From positions 68,775 to 132,774 of the forward strand of contig LCMS01000004.1 of assembly GCA_001002765.1 (NCBI GenBank): a stretch of DNA of 64,000 nucleotides. The letters are read 5' to 3'. This stretch comes from Candidatus Uhrbacteria bacterium GW2011_GWE2_46_68. Its GTDB lineage: Bacteria > Patescibacteriota > Patescibacteriia > UBA9934 > GWF2-40-263. The notes under the pieces were generated by a model. It ran no database searches and was not told where the DNA came from. It saw only the letters and a list, made by a program, of their open reading frames with translations. The position numbers were made by a program, and so were the translations under genes. Of the stretch, positions 9,695 to 19,261 are shown piece by piece (the stretch's first letter is position 1; each line of letters begins with the position of its first letter).

Positions 9695-11045
9695 TTCCAT
9701 TAACAACGTTCATTTGGTCGGAATCGGAGGGATTGGAATGTCCGCGCTTGCAAAATGGTTTTTGACACAAGGAAAACACGTGAGCGGATCTGATTTTGTT
9801 TTGTCCGCAATCACTCAAGAGCTGATGGATCGTGGCGCGCATGTTTCTGAAGGGCAAGGGGAAGATCATGTAAGCGAAGATGTGGATTTGCTTGTCTATT
9901 CTTCTGCTGTGCCAGAAGAGAATGTTGAGCGTTTGAAGGCACGTGCATTGGGGATTCCCGAAATGACCTATGCTCAAGCGCTTGGAGAAATTTCAAAACA
10001 ATACAAAACCTTGGCCGTGTCCGGCACCCATGGAAAGAGTACGACGACCGCCATGTTGGGACTGATACTGGAGGCCGCAGATTTGGACCCTACCGTGATT
10101 GTGGGATCTCGTGTGCCAACGTTTGTGGAAAAAAATCTTCGCGTGGGAAAGGGGAAATATTTTGTGGTGGAAGGGTGTGAGTATCGTGCCAATATGCTTT
10201 CCCTTCACCCCGCAATGATAGTGCTTACCAATATTGAAGAAGATCATTTGGATTATTATCGTGATCTTGATCATATTCGTGAAACGTTTCAGACCTTTGT
10301 GGATCAAGTTGGAGAGGGAATGGTTGTGTGGAATGCGGATGATCAGGAGTCGAAAAAACTTATCATGGCCCATGGCGTCAGTTATGGTTTTGGAGATGGA
10401 GCAAAGTATAAGGTAAGGAATCGACAGACAGATCAAGGAATACAAAAAGCCGAGGTGTGGAAAGGAGAACAGAAGCTTGGAGAGATCCGGTTGCGTATTC
10501 CAGGGGCGCATAATATGGCAAACGCGCTGGCGGCGACTGCAGCCGCCATGGAGGTGGGAGTGTCTTTTGATGTGTGTGTAAGAACGTTGGTGGATTTTCG
10601 TGGAATTTGGCGCAGGTTTGAGATTCTTGGGACATGGAGGGAGGCCATGGTTATTTCCGATTACGGTCATCATCCCACCGAGATCAAAGCAACCTTGCAA
10701 GCGGCACATGAATTTTACCCTGGACGACGTTTAGTTCTTTGTTTTCAACCCCATCAACATGCACGCACACGCGCACTTAAAAAAGAACTCGCTCAAGCGA
10801 TCTCAGGATTTGATTTCGTCATCGTTCCCGAGATTTATGAGGTCGCCGGGCGTACTGAAAGCGAAACTGTTTCAAGTAAAGATTTGGTGAAATTGGCTCA
10901 AAAGATTGCTCCGAAAAAAAAGTTTTTATTTGCGCAAGATTTTGTGGAAGCGCGACGTTTGCTCGAAGCCAATATCCAAAAAGATGACATAGTGATTATT
11001 CAAGGTGCTGGGGACATTGATGACCTTGCACGATCCCTTGTATGA
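9687..11045 (+). CDS. murC: UDP-N-acetylmuramate--L-alanine ligase
   Basis: VHLVGIGGIGMSALA, GTHGKSTTTAM and Mur ligase central/C-terminal domains. Overlaps the glyA stop by 8 nt. Confidence 0.9.
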   Translation: MFDSINNVHLVGIGGIGMSALAKWFLTQGKHVSGSDFVLSAITQELMDRGAHVSEGQGEDHVSEDVDLLVYSSAVPEENVERLKARALGIPEMTYAQALGEISKQYKTLAVSGTHGKSTTTAMLGLILEAADLDPTVIVGSRVPTFVEKNLRVGKGKYFVVEGCEYRANMLSLHPAMIVLTNIEEDHLDYYRDLDHIRETFQTFVDQVGEGMVVWNADDQESKKLIMAHGVSYGFGDGAKYKVRNRQTDQGIQKAEVWKGEQKLGEIRLRIPGAHNMANALAATAAAMEVGVSFDVCVRTLVDFRGIWRRFEILGTWREAMVISDYGHHPTEIKATLQAAHEFYPGRRLVLCFQPHQHARTRALKKELAQAISGFDFVIVPEIYEVAGRTESETVSSKDLVKLAQKIAPKKKFLFAQDFVEARRLLEANIQKDDIVIIQGAGDIDDLARSLV

Positions 11046-12007
11046 ATACTCTTACCCTTCAATCTGTTGTGAAGCGTCCGATCAAAGAGCAGGAGCCATT
11101 GGCTCCTTATACAAATTTTCGCATTGGCGGTCCGGCAACATGGATGGTGGAAGTCGAGGATGCAGAAGAATTGCAAGCTGTCTTGGTGATAGCAACACAA
11201 GAACAAACTCCGTACGTTATTTTGGGGGGAGGATCCAACATGCTTGTCAGCGATCGGGGATTTGAGGGGATCGTGATTCGTGTATTGTTACGTAATTATA
11301 AAATCAAAGGGAATAAAATATGGGCACAGGCTGGGTTGCCTACGGTTGCGGTTGCCCGTGCCGCAGGGGAAGCAAGACTTACCGGACTTGAATGGGCTGT
11401 GACTTTGCCCGGAACCATTGGCGGCGCCGTGCGAGGAAATGCAGGATGTTTTGGCGGAGAGATCAAGGATGTTTTGGTTTCCGCGACCTTGTTGCGAGAG
11501 GGAGAGATGGTGGAGATAGGGAAGGAAGATTTTTATTTTGGATATCGGGATTCTGTTTTAAAACACAGAAAAGATATTCTTTTGGATGTGACGTTTGAGC
11601 TTGTGCCCGGGGATCATGAGAAGATTTTGGAGAAGATGCAAGTGTGTTTGCAAAAGCGTCGCGAGTCTCAACCAACCTCTGGAGGATCTGCCGGATGTTT
11701 GTTCAAAAATTATCAGATCAAAAATGAGGGAGAGCTTGTGCGTTTGCAAAAAGTTTTAGAGCTTCCGCCCGTGACGATCGAGAAACGTTTGATCTCGACC
11801 GGATGGCTTATTGATCAAATGGGACTTAAGGGGTTACGGATTGGAGACGCTCAAATCAGCGAGCAACATGGAAATTTTTTGTTGAATATGGGAAAGGCCA
11901 CGGCAGAGGAAGTGATGCAACTCATCTCTTTTATCAAAATAAAAGCGCAAGAGAAATATGAGATCGCGCTTGAGGAAGAAATTCAGTTGATTGGGTTTGA
12001 GGGTTGA
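11042..12007 (+). CDS. murB: UDP-N-acetylenolpyruvoylglucosamine reductase
   Basis: FAD-binding N-terminus (FRIGGPA, ILGGGSNML) and MurB C-terminal domain. ATGA overlap with murC. Confidence 0.85.
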   Translation: MNTLTLQSVVKRPIKEQEPLAPYTNFRIGGPATWMVEVEDAEELQAVLVIATQEQTPYVILGGGSNMLVSDRGFEGIVIRVLLRNYKIKGNKIWAQAGLPTVAVARAAGEARLTGLEWAVTLPGTIGGAVRGNAGCFGGEIKDVLVSATLLREGEMVEIGKEDFYFGYRDSVLKHRKDILLDVTFELVPGDHEKILEKMQVCLQKRRESQPTSGGSAGCLFKNYQIKNEGELVRLQKVLELPPVTIEKRLISTGWLIDQMGLKGLRIGDAQISEQHGNFLLNMGKATAEEVMQLISFIKIKAQEKYEIALEEEIQLIGFEG

Positions 12008-12074
12008 CGATTTGTAGGGGTTTACATAGGAGTTCGTGTTACAATAAAAACAAGAATCACTAATCTTTGAATTT

Positions 12075-12419
12075 ATGCGTATCATCTCGTTTCTTGGATC
12101 CAATATGGAGATTACAGATGCGATCAGAAGTTTTGTGGAAGAAAAGGTACAGGTCTTGGAAAAAATGACAGGAAATTGGGAGCCGGCGGAATTGCGAATC
12201 GAAGTGGGAAAGACCACCAATCATCATGCCAAGGGGCCGTATTTTAAAGCCGAGATGCAGCTGAGTATTCCGGGGGAAGTATTGCGAGCCGTGGAAGAAG
12301 CGGAAGATTTGTATGAATCAATAGATAAGGTGCGTGATAGTTTGCGACGGCAACTCAAAGAATATCAAGAGCGTCAACAAGATCGCAGTCAGCGTGGAGG
12401 CCGTCCGGATAAAGAATAA
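12075..12419 (+). CDS. hpf: ribosome hibernation promoting factor (HPF/RaiA family)
   Basis: N-terminus aligns with the E. coli Hpf start (M..I.G.N.EITDAIR.FVEEK); 114 aa. Confidence 0.8.
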   Translation: MRIISFLGSNMEITDAIRSFVEEKVQVLEKMTGNWEPAELRIEVGKTTNHHAKGPYFKAEMQLSIPGEVLRAVEEAEDLYESIDKVRDSLRRQLKEYQERQQDRSQRGGRPDKE

Positions 12420-12494
12420 AAAGATCACCCTATGGATAGATGAACCGTGGAGTGTTAGGGAGAGCTCTTCTCATGTTCATTTGGAGGAAACGCT

Positions 12495-13100
12495 ATGCAT
12501 GTTCTTTTTGCAACAACGAACAAAGCAAAGTTGGGGCGCATGCGTGCTTTGATGCGGGACACGACCATTATTTTTCTTTCTCCGACCGAGGAGGGTTTGA
12601 TTGTTGATGAAACGAAAGAGGGAAGTGATATTGCGCACAATGCGTGGGTAAAAGCCTTGGCTTATTTTGGGAAAACCAAACTTCCCATCTTGGGACAAGA
12701 TGCGGCTTTCGTGATTCCCGGGGTGGATTTAGATCCCGCACAAGTCAAAAGAAATGCGCTGGGGAATCATGATGAGTTTTTGATGTCACAAGGAGAAATC
12801 GCGCAAGCCATTTTGAATTTTTATCGGGCATTGGTAAGAGAACGTGGTGGACGCATGTCAGCGTATTGGGATGACGCGTTTGCTCTCGTTTTTCCAGACG
12901 GGACGATTCGTGAGGCACAGGCGAAACGCCCGGTGATTCTTACCGACGAGATTCGTGGAGAGATGAATCCTTATTTTCCATTACGATCTTTGTATATTGT
13001 GGAGCCGACAGGGAAATATGTATGTGAGCAGACTTTGGAGGAAGAATGGTTGGAACTCCGTCCGGTTCGGGAAGCCTTGCGAACATTGTTTGATCAATGA
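12495..13100 (+). CDS. non-canonical purine NTP pyrophosphatase (Ham1/RdgB family)
   Basis: MHVLFATTNKAKL matches the RdgB start VLATGNxGKL; central and C-terminal blocks are also alignable. Confidence 0.6.
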   Translation: MHVLFATTNKAKLGRMRALMRDTTIIFLSPTEEGLIVDETKEGSDIAHNAWVKALAYFGKTKLPILGQDAAFVIPGVDLDPAQVKRNALGNHDEFLMSQGEIAQAILNFYRALVRERGGRMSAYWDDAFALVFPDGTIREAQAKRPVILTDEIRGEMNPYFPLRSLYIVEPTGKYVCEQTLEEEWLELRPVREALRTLFDQ

Positions 13101-13152
13101 TAAATGAACGTCCAGTCCAAGATTGGCGTTTTTTTTTGCATGTATGTCATGG

Positions 13153-13205
13153 TAGGGTCAGGTCGTGCTTCGTGCTTTTTATAAAACTATCTGACCCTAT
13201 GACCC
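13153..13205. repeat. REP-like palindromic unit pair (GGGTCAGGTCGTGCTTCGTGC ... CTGACCCTATGACCCC)
   Basis: Intergenic. GGGTCAG/CTGACCC inverted arms. Core identical to the REPs flanking the rayT gene. Confidence 0.6.
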
Positions 13206-13262
13206 CAAAACTCCACAAAAGAAAAAGACCCTTGGCGTAGGGGTCTTTTGGTGATGTGCTTT

Positions 13263-13793
13263 TTACTCCGGATTTTCTTTGATAGGAGAACTTGCCGCAT
13301 CTCGAATGATACGAAAAAAATTTTTTGCTTCTGCTTTGGAGCGGAAGAATGCGATGGCAAGAACGTGCGTTGAAATTGATCCTTCTCGAAACGGAAATTG
13401 CGGATAGTGCGCGATAGGACGATCATTTTCCCTAACAGGAATATCAAACCATTCTTGCCGATAGCTATTGAGAGGAGAGTCTTTCTGTGAGGCTTCAATC
13501 CATCGAGTAAATACTTTTCTTCCATCTTGTCTGATCAACAAAGAAATACCACGGATGTGGTACCAGTAGTCCTTGGAAAGAGGGAATAAAAGAGGGCGGC
13601 GCTCATGTGGCCCAGCGATTTGCGCATCTGTATTAGGGGTTTTTTGCACGCGGTAATAAAAGATAACACCCCAAGCAGGTGCGGCGCCACATCTCCCCTG
13701 ATTTTCCGCAAGTCCGTTTTCGATATCCTTTACTGCTTGTGAAGCTCTCTCAAGAACTGCAAGTGCCAACCGAAGCTCATGGTTTGGACGCAT
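13263..13793 (-). CDS. hypothetical protein
   Basis: 176-aa ORF with plausible coding composition; no recognisable motif. Confidence 0.4.
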   Translation of the reverse strand: MRPNHELRLALAVLERASQAVKDIENGLAENQGRCGAAPAWGVIFYYRVQKTPNTDAQIAGPHERRPLLFPLSKDYWYHIRGISLLIRQDGRKVFTRWIEASQKDSPLNSYRQEWFDIPVRENDRPIAHYPQFPFREGSISTHVLAIAFFRSKAEAKNFFRIIRDAASSPIKENPE

Positions 13794-13958
13794 GTAGCAC
13801 CTCGTTTTTTTGGAAGGAACAAGATCATATTTCTACATAAACCTCTGAAAAAGTAAAGGAAAAGTGTGCAAAAAGTGGAAAGCTTGATTGACACTCGGGA
13901 CAAACTTCCGTAGGGTTTCAGTAGCTCTTTCCATCACCAGTGTCCAAGGAGACTTTTC

Positions 13959-15047
13959 ATGGAATCTCAAGCACAAGACTCTGTTCGCCGTCTCATTGTC
14001 CTCTCCGGCATTCGTCCCACAGGTCCTTTGCATCTCGGGAATCACCTGGGTGCGGTCAGGGATTGGGTGGATCTCACCAATCGCGGAGAGTATGATTGCT
14101 ACTTCTTTCTTGCCAATCTGCATATGCTCACCACACGTTCTGCCGCCTTGCATACCGAAGGAAAGAAGAGCGGTGTGGATCCCAAGGAGCTCTATGATGA
14201 TCAGGTCGGATTGGTTCTTGACCTCATGGCTGCCGGGATTGATCCCAACAAGGCGCTCATCTATGCGCAAAGCACGATTCCGGAGCTGACCGAACTCATG
14301 TGGCTTCTGGCTACGTTTACGCCTGTTTCCAGACTCGAGGGCATGCATCACTTCAAGGAAAAGAAAGGCAAGCTCGAAGAAGAAGGTGTCGGTGCCAATG
14401 CAGCTCTTTTGACCTATCCGGTTCTCATGGCCGCGGATATCCTGGGTGTGCAAGCAGACATCATTCCCGTGGGGGAAGATCAAAATGCACATGTTGAGTA
14501 TGCGCGTGACATGGCCCGCGCGTTCAACCGCGAGTATGGCGATCTTTTTCCTGTGCCAGATGTGTGGCAGACAAAGGCTCTGCGTGTCCCTTCGATCGAC
14601 TGCTCAGGAAAGATGGGGAAGAGTCATCCCGAAGGATCAGTGTTCTACACGGATTCCGAAAAGGTGATTCGTCAGAAGTTCAGTAGGGCCGTGAAGGCTA
14701 CAGCGAATCCTCCGCGCACACAAAGCGATTGGAGGAATGATCCAGGAGATCCAGCCACTTGCAATGTCTTTTCTTTTTTTGACCTCGTAGGGTCATCTGA
14801 AGACAAGTCGTGGGCAGAGGCCGGATGTCGTGGTGCCACTATTTCCTGTGGAGAGTGCAAGGCACGTGTGGCTGTCTTGGTCAACGAGATCATGGCTCCA
14901 ATTCGCGAACGTCGATTGTCCCTCGAGACCGATATCGGCCGCGCACAAGCGGTTGAGATCTTGCACGAGGGTGGCAAGAAGGCGCGCGGTCGTGTCCAAG
15001 AGATCGTGACCCGTGCCAAGGAAATGGTGGGGATCCCTGCGTTCTAG
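13959..15047 (+). CDS. trpS: tryptophan--tRNA ligase
   Basis: Class I aaRS: LSGIRPTGPLHLGNHLGA (HIGH-type) and SGKMGKS (KMSKS); length and motif spacing typical of TrpRS. Confidence 0.8.
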   Translation: MESQAQDSVRRLIVLSGIRPTGPLHLGNHLGAVRDWVDLTNRGEYDCYFFLANLHMLTTRSAALHTEGKKSGVDPKELYDDQVGLVLDLMAAGIDPNKALIYAQSTIPELTELMWLLATFTPVSRLEGMHHFKEKKGKLEEEGVGANAALLTYPVLMAADILGVQADIIPVGEDQNAHVEYARDMARAFNREYGDLFPVPDVWQTKALRVPSIDCSGKMGKSHPEGSVFYTDSEKVIRQKFSRAVKATANPPRTQSDWRNDPGDPATCNVFSFFDLVGSSEDKSWAEAGCRGATISCGECKARVAVLVNEIMAPIRERRLSLETDIGRAQAVEILHEGGKKARGRVQEIVTRAKEMVGIPAF

Positions 15048-15068
15048 CTCGCTTTTGCGAGCTTTTTT
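15046..15068 (+). terminator. rho-independent terminator after trpS
   Basis: AGCTCGC-tttt-GCGAGCT hairpin followed by a T-run. Confidence 0.6.
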
Positions 15069-15199
15069 GTACGCTATTTTCTGAACACATTTTGGTTTCA
15101 AGATAGGATCGTTGGGGATAGCTCGATTGACTTTTTCATCTCGCGTCGTACCATCTAGCCAGTTCCTTTCAACCTCTCTCCTTAAGGAAGGAGTCCATC

Positions 15200-16606
15200 A
15201 TGTCCGAAGCTCAAGGTGATGCGTGGCGTTGGCCCCTTGAAGGTTCTTGTGACCAAGCGCGCATCGCGCGCATCGAACACATCACTTCCCCCTATGAGAG
15301 CAGTCCTCCGCCCATCTGCTACCCAGGCACCCCGCTTGATCGCGAGATGATCGCGATGGTTCCCGAACTCATGCGAAAGCAGTTGAATGGCATCGGGTTT
15401 CACACTCCCAATGGCATCGGGGAAGGCGGGTTTGATTCGACTCAGAAGATGGAAAGCGCCGCCGTTCACATGGTCGCCGGCATGCTTGGGGGCACACCCC
15501 AAACCGTGGATGGCTACTTCTGCGGCGGCGGAACTGAGGCAAATTTGGAAGGGCTGTATATCGGCCGTCAATGGCTTCGTTGCTTCGCTGATCCACAAAA
15601 AAAGGGAATCGCCGTTCTCTGCACCCCTCTTGCACACTATTCCATCTTTTTTAAGGGGACCAATATCCTGGGACTGACCAATCAGTTCCGATGGACCGAG
15701 TGTCCCAAGTGTCATCGAGCCCACAAATTGCCCAAAAACGAAAACACCGAGCATCTGCGTTTGGTGGGGGTAGATATCAATGGCAAGATGCATTTGCCAT
15801 CTTTGGAACAGATTTTTCTCAAGGCCTACGAGGAAGGGTATCGTCAGTTTCTTCTGGTAGCGACAGCGGGTACCTGCCTCATGGGTTCGATTGACCCCAT
15901 TTCCGAGATCGGCCAGTGGATGAAACGCACGAAGCGTGAATATCACGTAGAATTCTATTTTCATGTGGACGCCTCATTTGGCGGTTTTACCATTCCTTTT
16001 GCAAGTGAAGGTAAAGAACATATCGGATTTGATGTTCCAGAAGTCATGTCTGTAACCGTGGACGCGGACAAGATGGGCCATCTTCCATACCCGGCTGGTG
16101 TTTTCCTGTGCCGTAAGGGGTTGCAGGAGCATGTCGGACTGGAAGTCGCCTATATCCGCGGGCATGGAGATTACACCATTTCTGGTTCACGCAGTGCGAT
16201 TGCTCCTGTTCTCGCGTGGGACTATTACCAACGTTTGGGTGTGGATGGTCAGACACGGTATGTGAATGCGTGTTTGGAAGCTCGTGACCATCTGCTCCGG
16301 AAAATTTTGGAACGATTTGAGAGAAACAATCATGTGTATCCGCTTTCATGTTCTCCTTTCGTGAACTTCCTTCCTTTGGTCATCGACCTTGTGGACGGAA
16401 GTGTGCCCGAAGATCAGATTGAGCATGGGCCACTGGCTCCCTATCATCTGCGTAGTGATGGAATTCCCACCGAACGGATGGATCCACTAAGCTGTCCCAT
16501 GATTGCCTACAAGTTGTGCATCATGCCGCACACTTTCGGCTTTCTTGATCGTTTCGTGGATGACCTCGAGACGGTTGTCCGCGCGGCCGGAAAATTCGGC
16601 TCCTAA
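15200..16606 (+). CDS. PLP-dependent amino acid decarboxylase (group II; MfnA/GadB/aromatic decarboxylase-like)
   Basis: GYFCGGGTEANLEGL is a group II decarboxylase signature. Candidate PLP lysine in TVDADKMGHLPYPAGV. Strong AAGGAAGGAG RBS. Confidence 0.7.
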   Translation: MSEAQGDAWRWPLEGSCDQARIARIEHITSPYESSPPPICYPGTPLDREMIAMVPELMRKQLNGIGFHTPNGIGEGGFDSTQKMESAAVHMVAGMLGGTPQTVDGYFCGGGTEANLEGLYIGRQWLRCFADPQKKGIAVLCTPLAHYSIFFKGTNILGLTNQFRWTECPKCHRAHKLPKNENTEHLRLVGVDINGKMHLPSLEQIFLKAYEEGYRQFLLVATAGTCLMGSIDPISEIGQWMKRTKREYHVEFYFHVDASFGGFTIPFASEGKEHIGFDVPEVMSVTVDADKMGHLPYPAGVFLCRKGLQEHVGLEVAYIRGHGDYTISGSRSAIAPVLAWDYYQRLGVDGQTRYVNACLEARDHLLRKILERFERNNHVYPLSCSPFVNFLPLVIDLVDGSVPEDQIEHGPLAPYHLRSDGIPTERMDPLSCPMIAYKLCIMPHTFGFLDRFVDDLETVVRAAGKFGS

Positions 16607-16610
16607 CGAA

Positions 16611-16633
16611 CCTGCCCCACAACGGCAGGTTTT
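16611..16633 (+). terminator. rho-independent terminator after decarboxylase
   Basis: CCTGCC-ccacaa-CGGCAGG followed by TTTT. Confidence 0.6.
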
Positions 16634-16653
16634 CTGTTTATCAACACCCCCGG

Positions 16654-16682
16654 TTGACCGCAAAAAAATATCTCGATAGAGT
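16654..16682 (+). promoter_or_regulatory. sigma70-type promoter (TTGACC-17 nt-TAGAGT) driving the T-box leader
   Basis: Near-consensus -35 and -10 with 17-nt spacer immediately upstream of the leader. Confidence 0.55.
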
Positions 16683-16689
16683 AAAGGCA

Positions 16690-16975
16690 CAACATCGTTG
16701 ATCCAGGAAGAAGTACCTTTGGCAAAACCGGTAGAAGCGAGCAGGGGATCGTGAAAGCCCTGTACGGCACCGAAGCGAAATTGGGCCTGGTGAGATGCTT
16801 GCTGCACTACGTGGCAAGCCGGAGAGCCTCCGTCATCATGGGCAAACGCATATCCTTTGGGAGTGCGCACAAGCGCCTATCTTTGAAGATAGGAAGAGAG
16901 GTGGTACCGCGAGCATGAGTCCTCGTCCTCTCAAGTCTGTTTTGTATACAGACTTGTGAAGACGAGGCCTTTTTG
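16690..16975 (+). promoter_or_regulatory. T-box riboswitch leader, probable Trp (UGG) specifier
   Basis: T-box core AGAGGUGGUACCGCGAG at 16897-16913 (consensus AGGGUGGNACCGCG). Stem I elements GAUCCAGGAAGAAGUAC, an AGCGA bulge and distal CGUGAAAGC (compare B. subtilis glyQS). Specifier-loop 3' side AAU-UGG-G closed by a CCAGG/CCUGG helix. Terminator CCTCGTC...GACGAGG+TTTTT at 16921-16975, which can alternate with an antiterminator involving the T-box. Confidence 0.6.
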
Positions 16976-16983
16976 TTAGGGTC

Positions 16984-18402
16984 TTGAAGCCGTTCTTTCC
17001 ATCTACACAGGAGTTTCACACCATGGGGCGTCCACTCACGCAGGTTCATTTGGGCGAAGGGTATTCGGGGAAGATTCGTATGCGCGAGGCGCTGTACACC
17101 GAACCCATTTTGACCGATGCTCATCGGCGATTTTTCGATGAAGGGCGAGCCTATACTTATCGTGGTCTTACGGCAGCTTCTCTGCAGAGATCCCTCAAGG
17201 TCAAAGAAGCGTTCATTCTTATGTGTTATGCCCTTCGAGCAACCAATGGTCGTTTGGCAGATGGTCTTCTTTCTGATCTGGAGTCTTTCGGAGCAGAGGG
17301 TGATCGTATGGCAGCCAGAGAATTTCTCTCCGGCTATGCCGTGAAGGAAGCATGGGCCGGGATTACCCCCAAAGAAGTGGCAGGCATGGTGACAGCCACG
17401 ATGCTTGATATCATGCGGTTTCCTGAATATGGCAAGCGCGTGATTGAAACGTGCGGAATGGGAGGTGATCGAGGAGTTATTGTTGATGGGGAAGGCAAGG
17501 CTCGCAAGACCATCAATGGTTCCACTCTTTCCGCTCTTGTTCTGGCAAGCCTTGGAGTGGTGACAGCCAAACACGGATCTTATGGAAACACTTCGCCTGT
17601 AGGGTCTACCAATGCGATTGAAGATTTGGGAGTGGTCGTAGATATTCCAGATGTGCTTATTCAGCAACGATTGACAGAGGAGGGATTTCATTTTACGGAT
17701 GCGCATGCATGGAAGACGGTTCATGATCTCTCTCATCTGCAGCCGCGTCGCGAGACGATCAACCACGTAGTGGGTCCTATGACTCCGCCGATCTCTCCAA
17801 GCACACGTTTGGACAAGATTTTGGGAGTGAATGACAAGTTGCCTCCGTGGATTGTGGCTGAAGCCTACGTCATTCTTGCAAATATCGGTGTCTTCAATGT
17901 TGGAAATGTTGCCGTGGTCGCTGGACTCATTGATCGTCCTCATGAGGAAGGGATCATCGAATCTCGCGAATGGTTGCGTGACAACATCCGCCTGGATGAA
18001 TTGTCGCCCGTCGCTTCAGCAGTGTCATTTGTCCACGGGAGCCGTTTTCTCGGAACCCACTTGCTTATCCCCGGTGATTTTGGTCTTGAATTTTGGCATC
18101 CCCATGCCCCCTATATTCCCAATGAGAGAGAGGCGATCCGTGAAGCAAATGAGCAAACGCTTCGGGGGGAAATGGATAATCGACAACTGGTAGAACTCCT
18201 GTCTATGAATGCTGCCCTGGGATTGTATCTCGTACAATACATGGACGATGATACGACGCTCGAGGATCAGGGACCTGATCGTGATGCGCTTAAGGATTGT
18301 TATCAACGCTGTCTCGATCAAGTGGCAAGCGGAAGGGTATTTACTTACCTGGAGGCTTATGCCAGACGCACGCGAGATTTCGCAAGGGGCGTGTCCATGT
18401 GA
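16984..18402 (+). CDS. anthranilate phosphoribosyltransferase family protein (TrpD/glycosyltransferase family 3) with N-terminal extension
   Basis: TCGMGGDRG...INGSTLSALVLASLGVVTAKHGSYGNTSPVGSTNAIEDLGV matches the TrpD motifs GTGGD / KHGNR..SS.GSAD.LE.LG. Confidence 0.7.
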   Translation: MKPFFPSTQEFHTMGRPLTQVHLGEGYSGKIRMREALYTEPILTDAHRRFFDEGRAYTYRGLTAASLQRSLKVKEAFILMCYALRATNGRLADGLLSDLESFGAEGDRMAAREFLSGYAVKEAWAGITPKEVAGMVTATMLDIMRFPEYGKRVIETCGMGGDRGVIVDGEGKARKTINGSTLSALVLASLGVVTAKHGSYGNTSPVGSTNAIEDLGVVVDIPDVLIQQRLTEEGFHFTDAHAWKTVHDLSHLQPRRETINHVVGPMTPPISPSTRLDKILGVNDKLPPWIVAEAYVILANIGVFNVGNVAVVAGLIDRPHEEGIIESREWLRDNIRLDELSPVASAVSFVHGSRFLGTHLLIPGDFGLEFWHPHAPYIPNEREAIREANEQTLRGEMDNRQLVELLSMNAALGLYLVQYMDDDTTLEDQGPDRDALKDCYQRCLDQVASGRVFTYLEAYARRTRDFARGVSM

Positions 18403-18436
18403 CGCCCTTTTTTCATAAAAACAAAAAATTTATTGT

Positions 18437-19261
18437 ATGGTATTTCATGCTCCCACTTTTTCTGTCATAGGCATGATTCATTTTTCTCCTTTGGAAGGAG
18501 CACAGGGGTATACTGACCGCGATAATGTGTTTAAAAGAGCGACTCAAGATTTGAACGCTCTTTTACAAGGAGGAGTTGACGCGGTTATGTTTGAGAATAA
18601 TTTTGATACTCCTAAATTTGCACAGCTGCCCGCATCGAACGCTCTTCATTTCGAAGAGCTGGTGGCAGCTTTGGCACCACAGACAACCGTTCCTTGGGGA
18701 CTTTCTCCTTTATGGAATGATTATCGTTTGGGATTTCGTTTGTGTAAAAAATATGGTGGGCAGATGGTACGTGTTCCTGTGTTCGTGGATTCTGTGGAAA
18801 CCGTGTATGGAGTATTTGAAGCAGATCCGCAGTCTGTTCTCAAAGCTAGAGAAGAAGAAAATGCAAAAGAGATTCAATTATGGGCAGACGTGCAAGTAAA
18901 ACATGCGAAAATGCTTCATCCGCGTCCGTTTATTGAATCAGTGACAGATGCTATGACCCAAGGAGCCGATGGAGTGATTGTGACGGGAAATTGGACAGGC
19001 GATCCTCCCTGTATTGAACAATGCAAGGAAGCGTACGAAACAGTTCAAGGACGTGTCGCTATTTTGACAGGAAGTGGAATGACGCCGGAAAACATTTTTT
19101 CTTTTCGTCCATATTTGAACGGATGTATTGTTGGAACAGCATTTAAAGAAGATACTTTCATTACCGATCATCAAGGTCCGAATATTGTAGGTCCAGAAGT
19201 GCGGTATGATGAGCGAAAGATCCAGAAGTTTGTGGAGGCTGCACACAAAAAATCCCCCTAG
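18437..19261 (+). CDS. BtpA/SgcQ family TIM-barrel protein
   Basis: IGMIHFSPLEGAQGY...GVDAVMFENNFDTP matches the BtpA family N-terminal signature (MIHL.PLPGSP ... EN..D.P). Confidence 0.65.
   Translation: MVFHAPTFSVIGMIHFSPLEGAQGYTDRDNVFKRATQDLNALLQGGVDAVMFENNFDTPKFAQLPASNALHFEELVAALAPQTTVPWGLSPLWNDYRLGFRLCKKYGGQMVRVPVFVDSVETVYGVFEADPQSVLKAREEENAKEIQLWADVQVKHAKMLHPRPFIESVTDAMTQGADGVIVTGNWTGDPPCIEQCKEAYETVQGRVAILTGSGMTPENIFSFRPYLNGCIVGTAFKEDTFITDHQGPNIVGPEVRYDERKIQKFVEAAHKKSP

Noticed and set aside
9993-10709. 238-aa minus-strand ORF
   Set aside because: Antisense to murC, which has strong ligase motifs on the + strand.
16677-16682. AGAGTA upstream of the T-box leader interpreted as a Stem I S-turn motif
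   Set aside because: It is better explained as the -10 hexamer (TAGAGT), 17 nt after a consensus TTGACC. The Stem I motifs are further downstream.
16807-17943. 378-aa ORF on the minus strand (also 15182-15964, 13833-14492, 15369-15635 minus-strand ORFs)
   Set aside because: They lie antisense to well-supported genes (TrpD-like, decarboxylase, trpS) inside the GC-elevated block, where stop codons are rare. No motifs were seen. Treated as spurious antisense ORFs.
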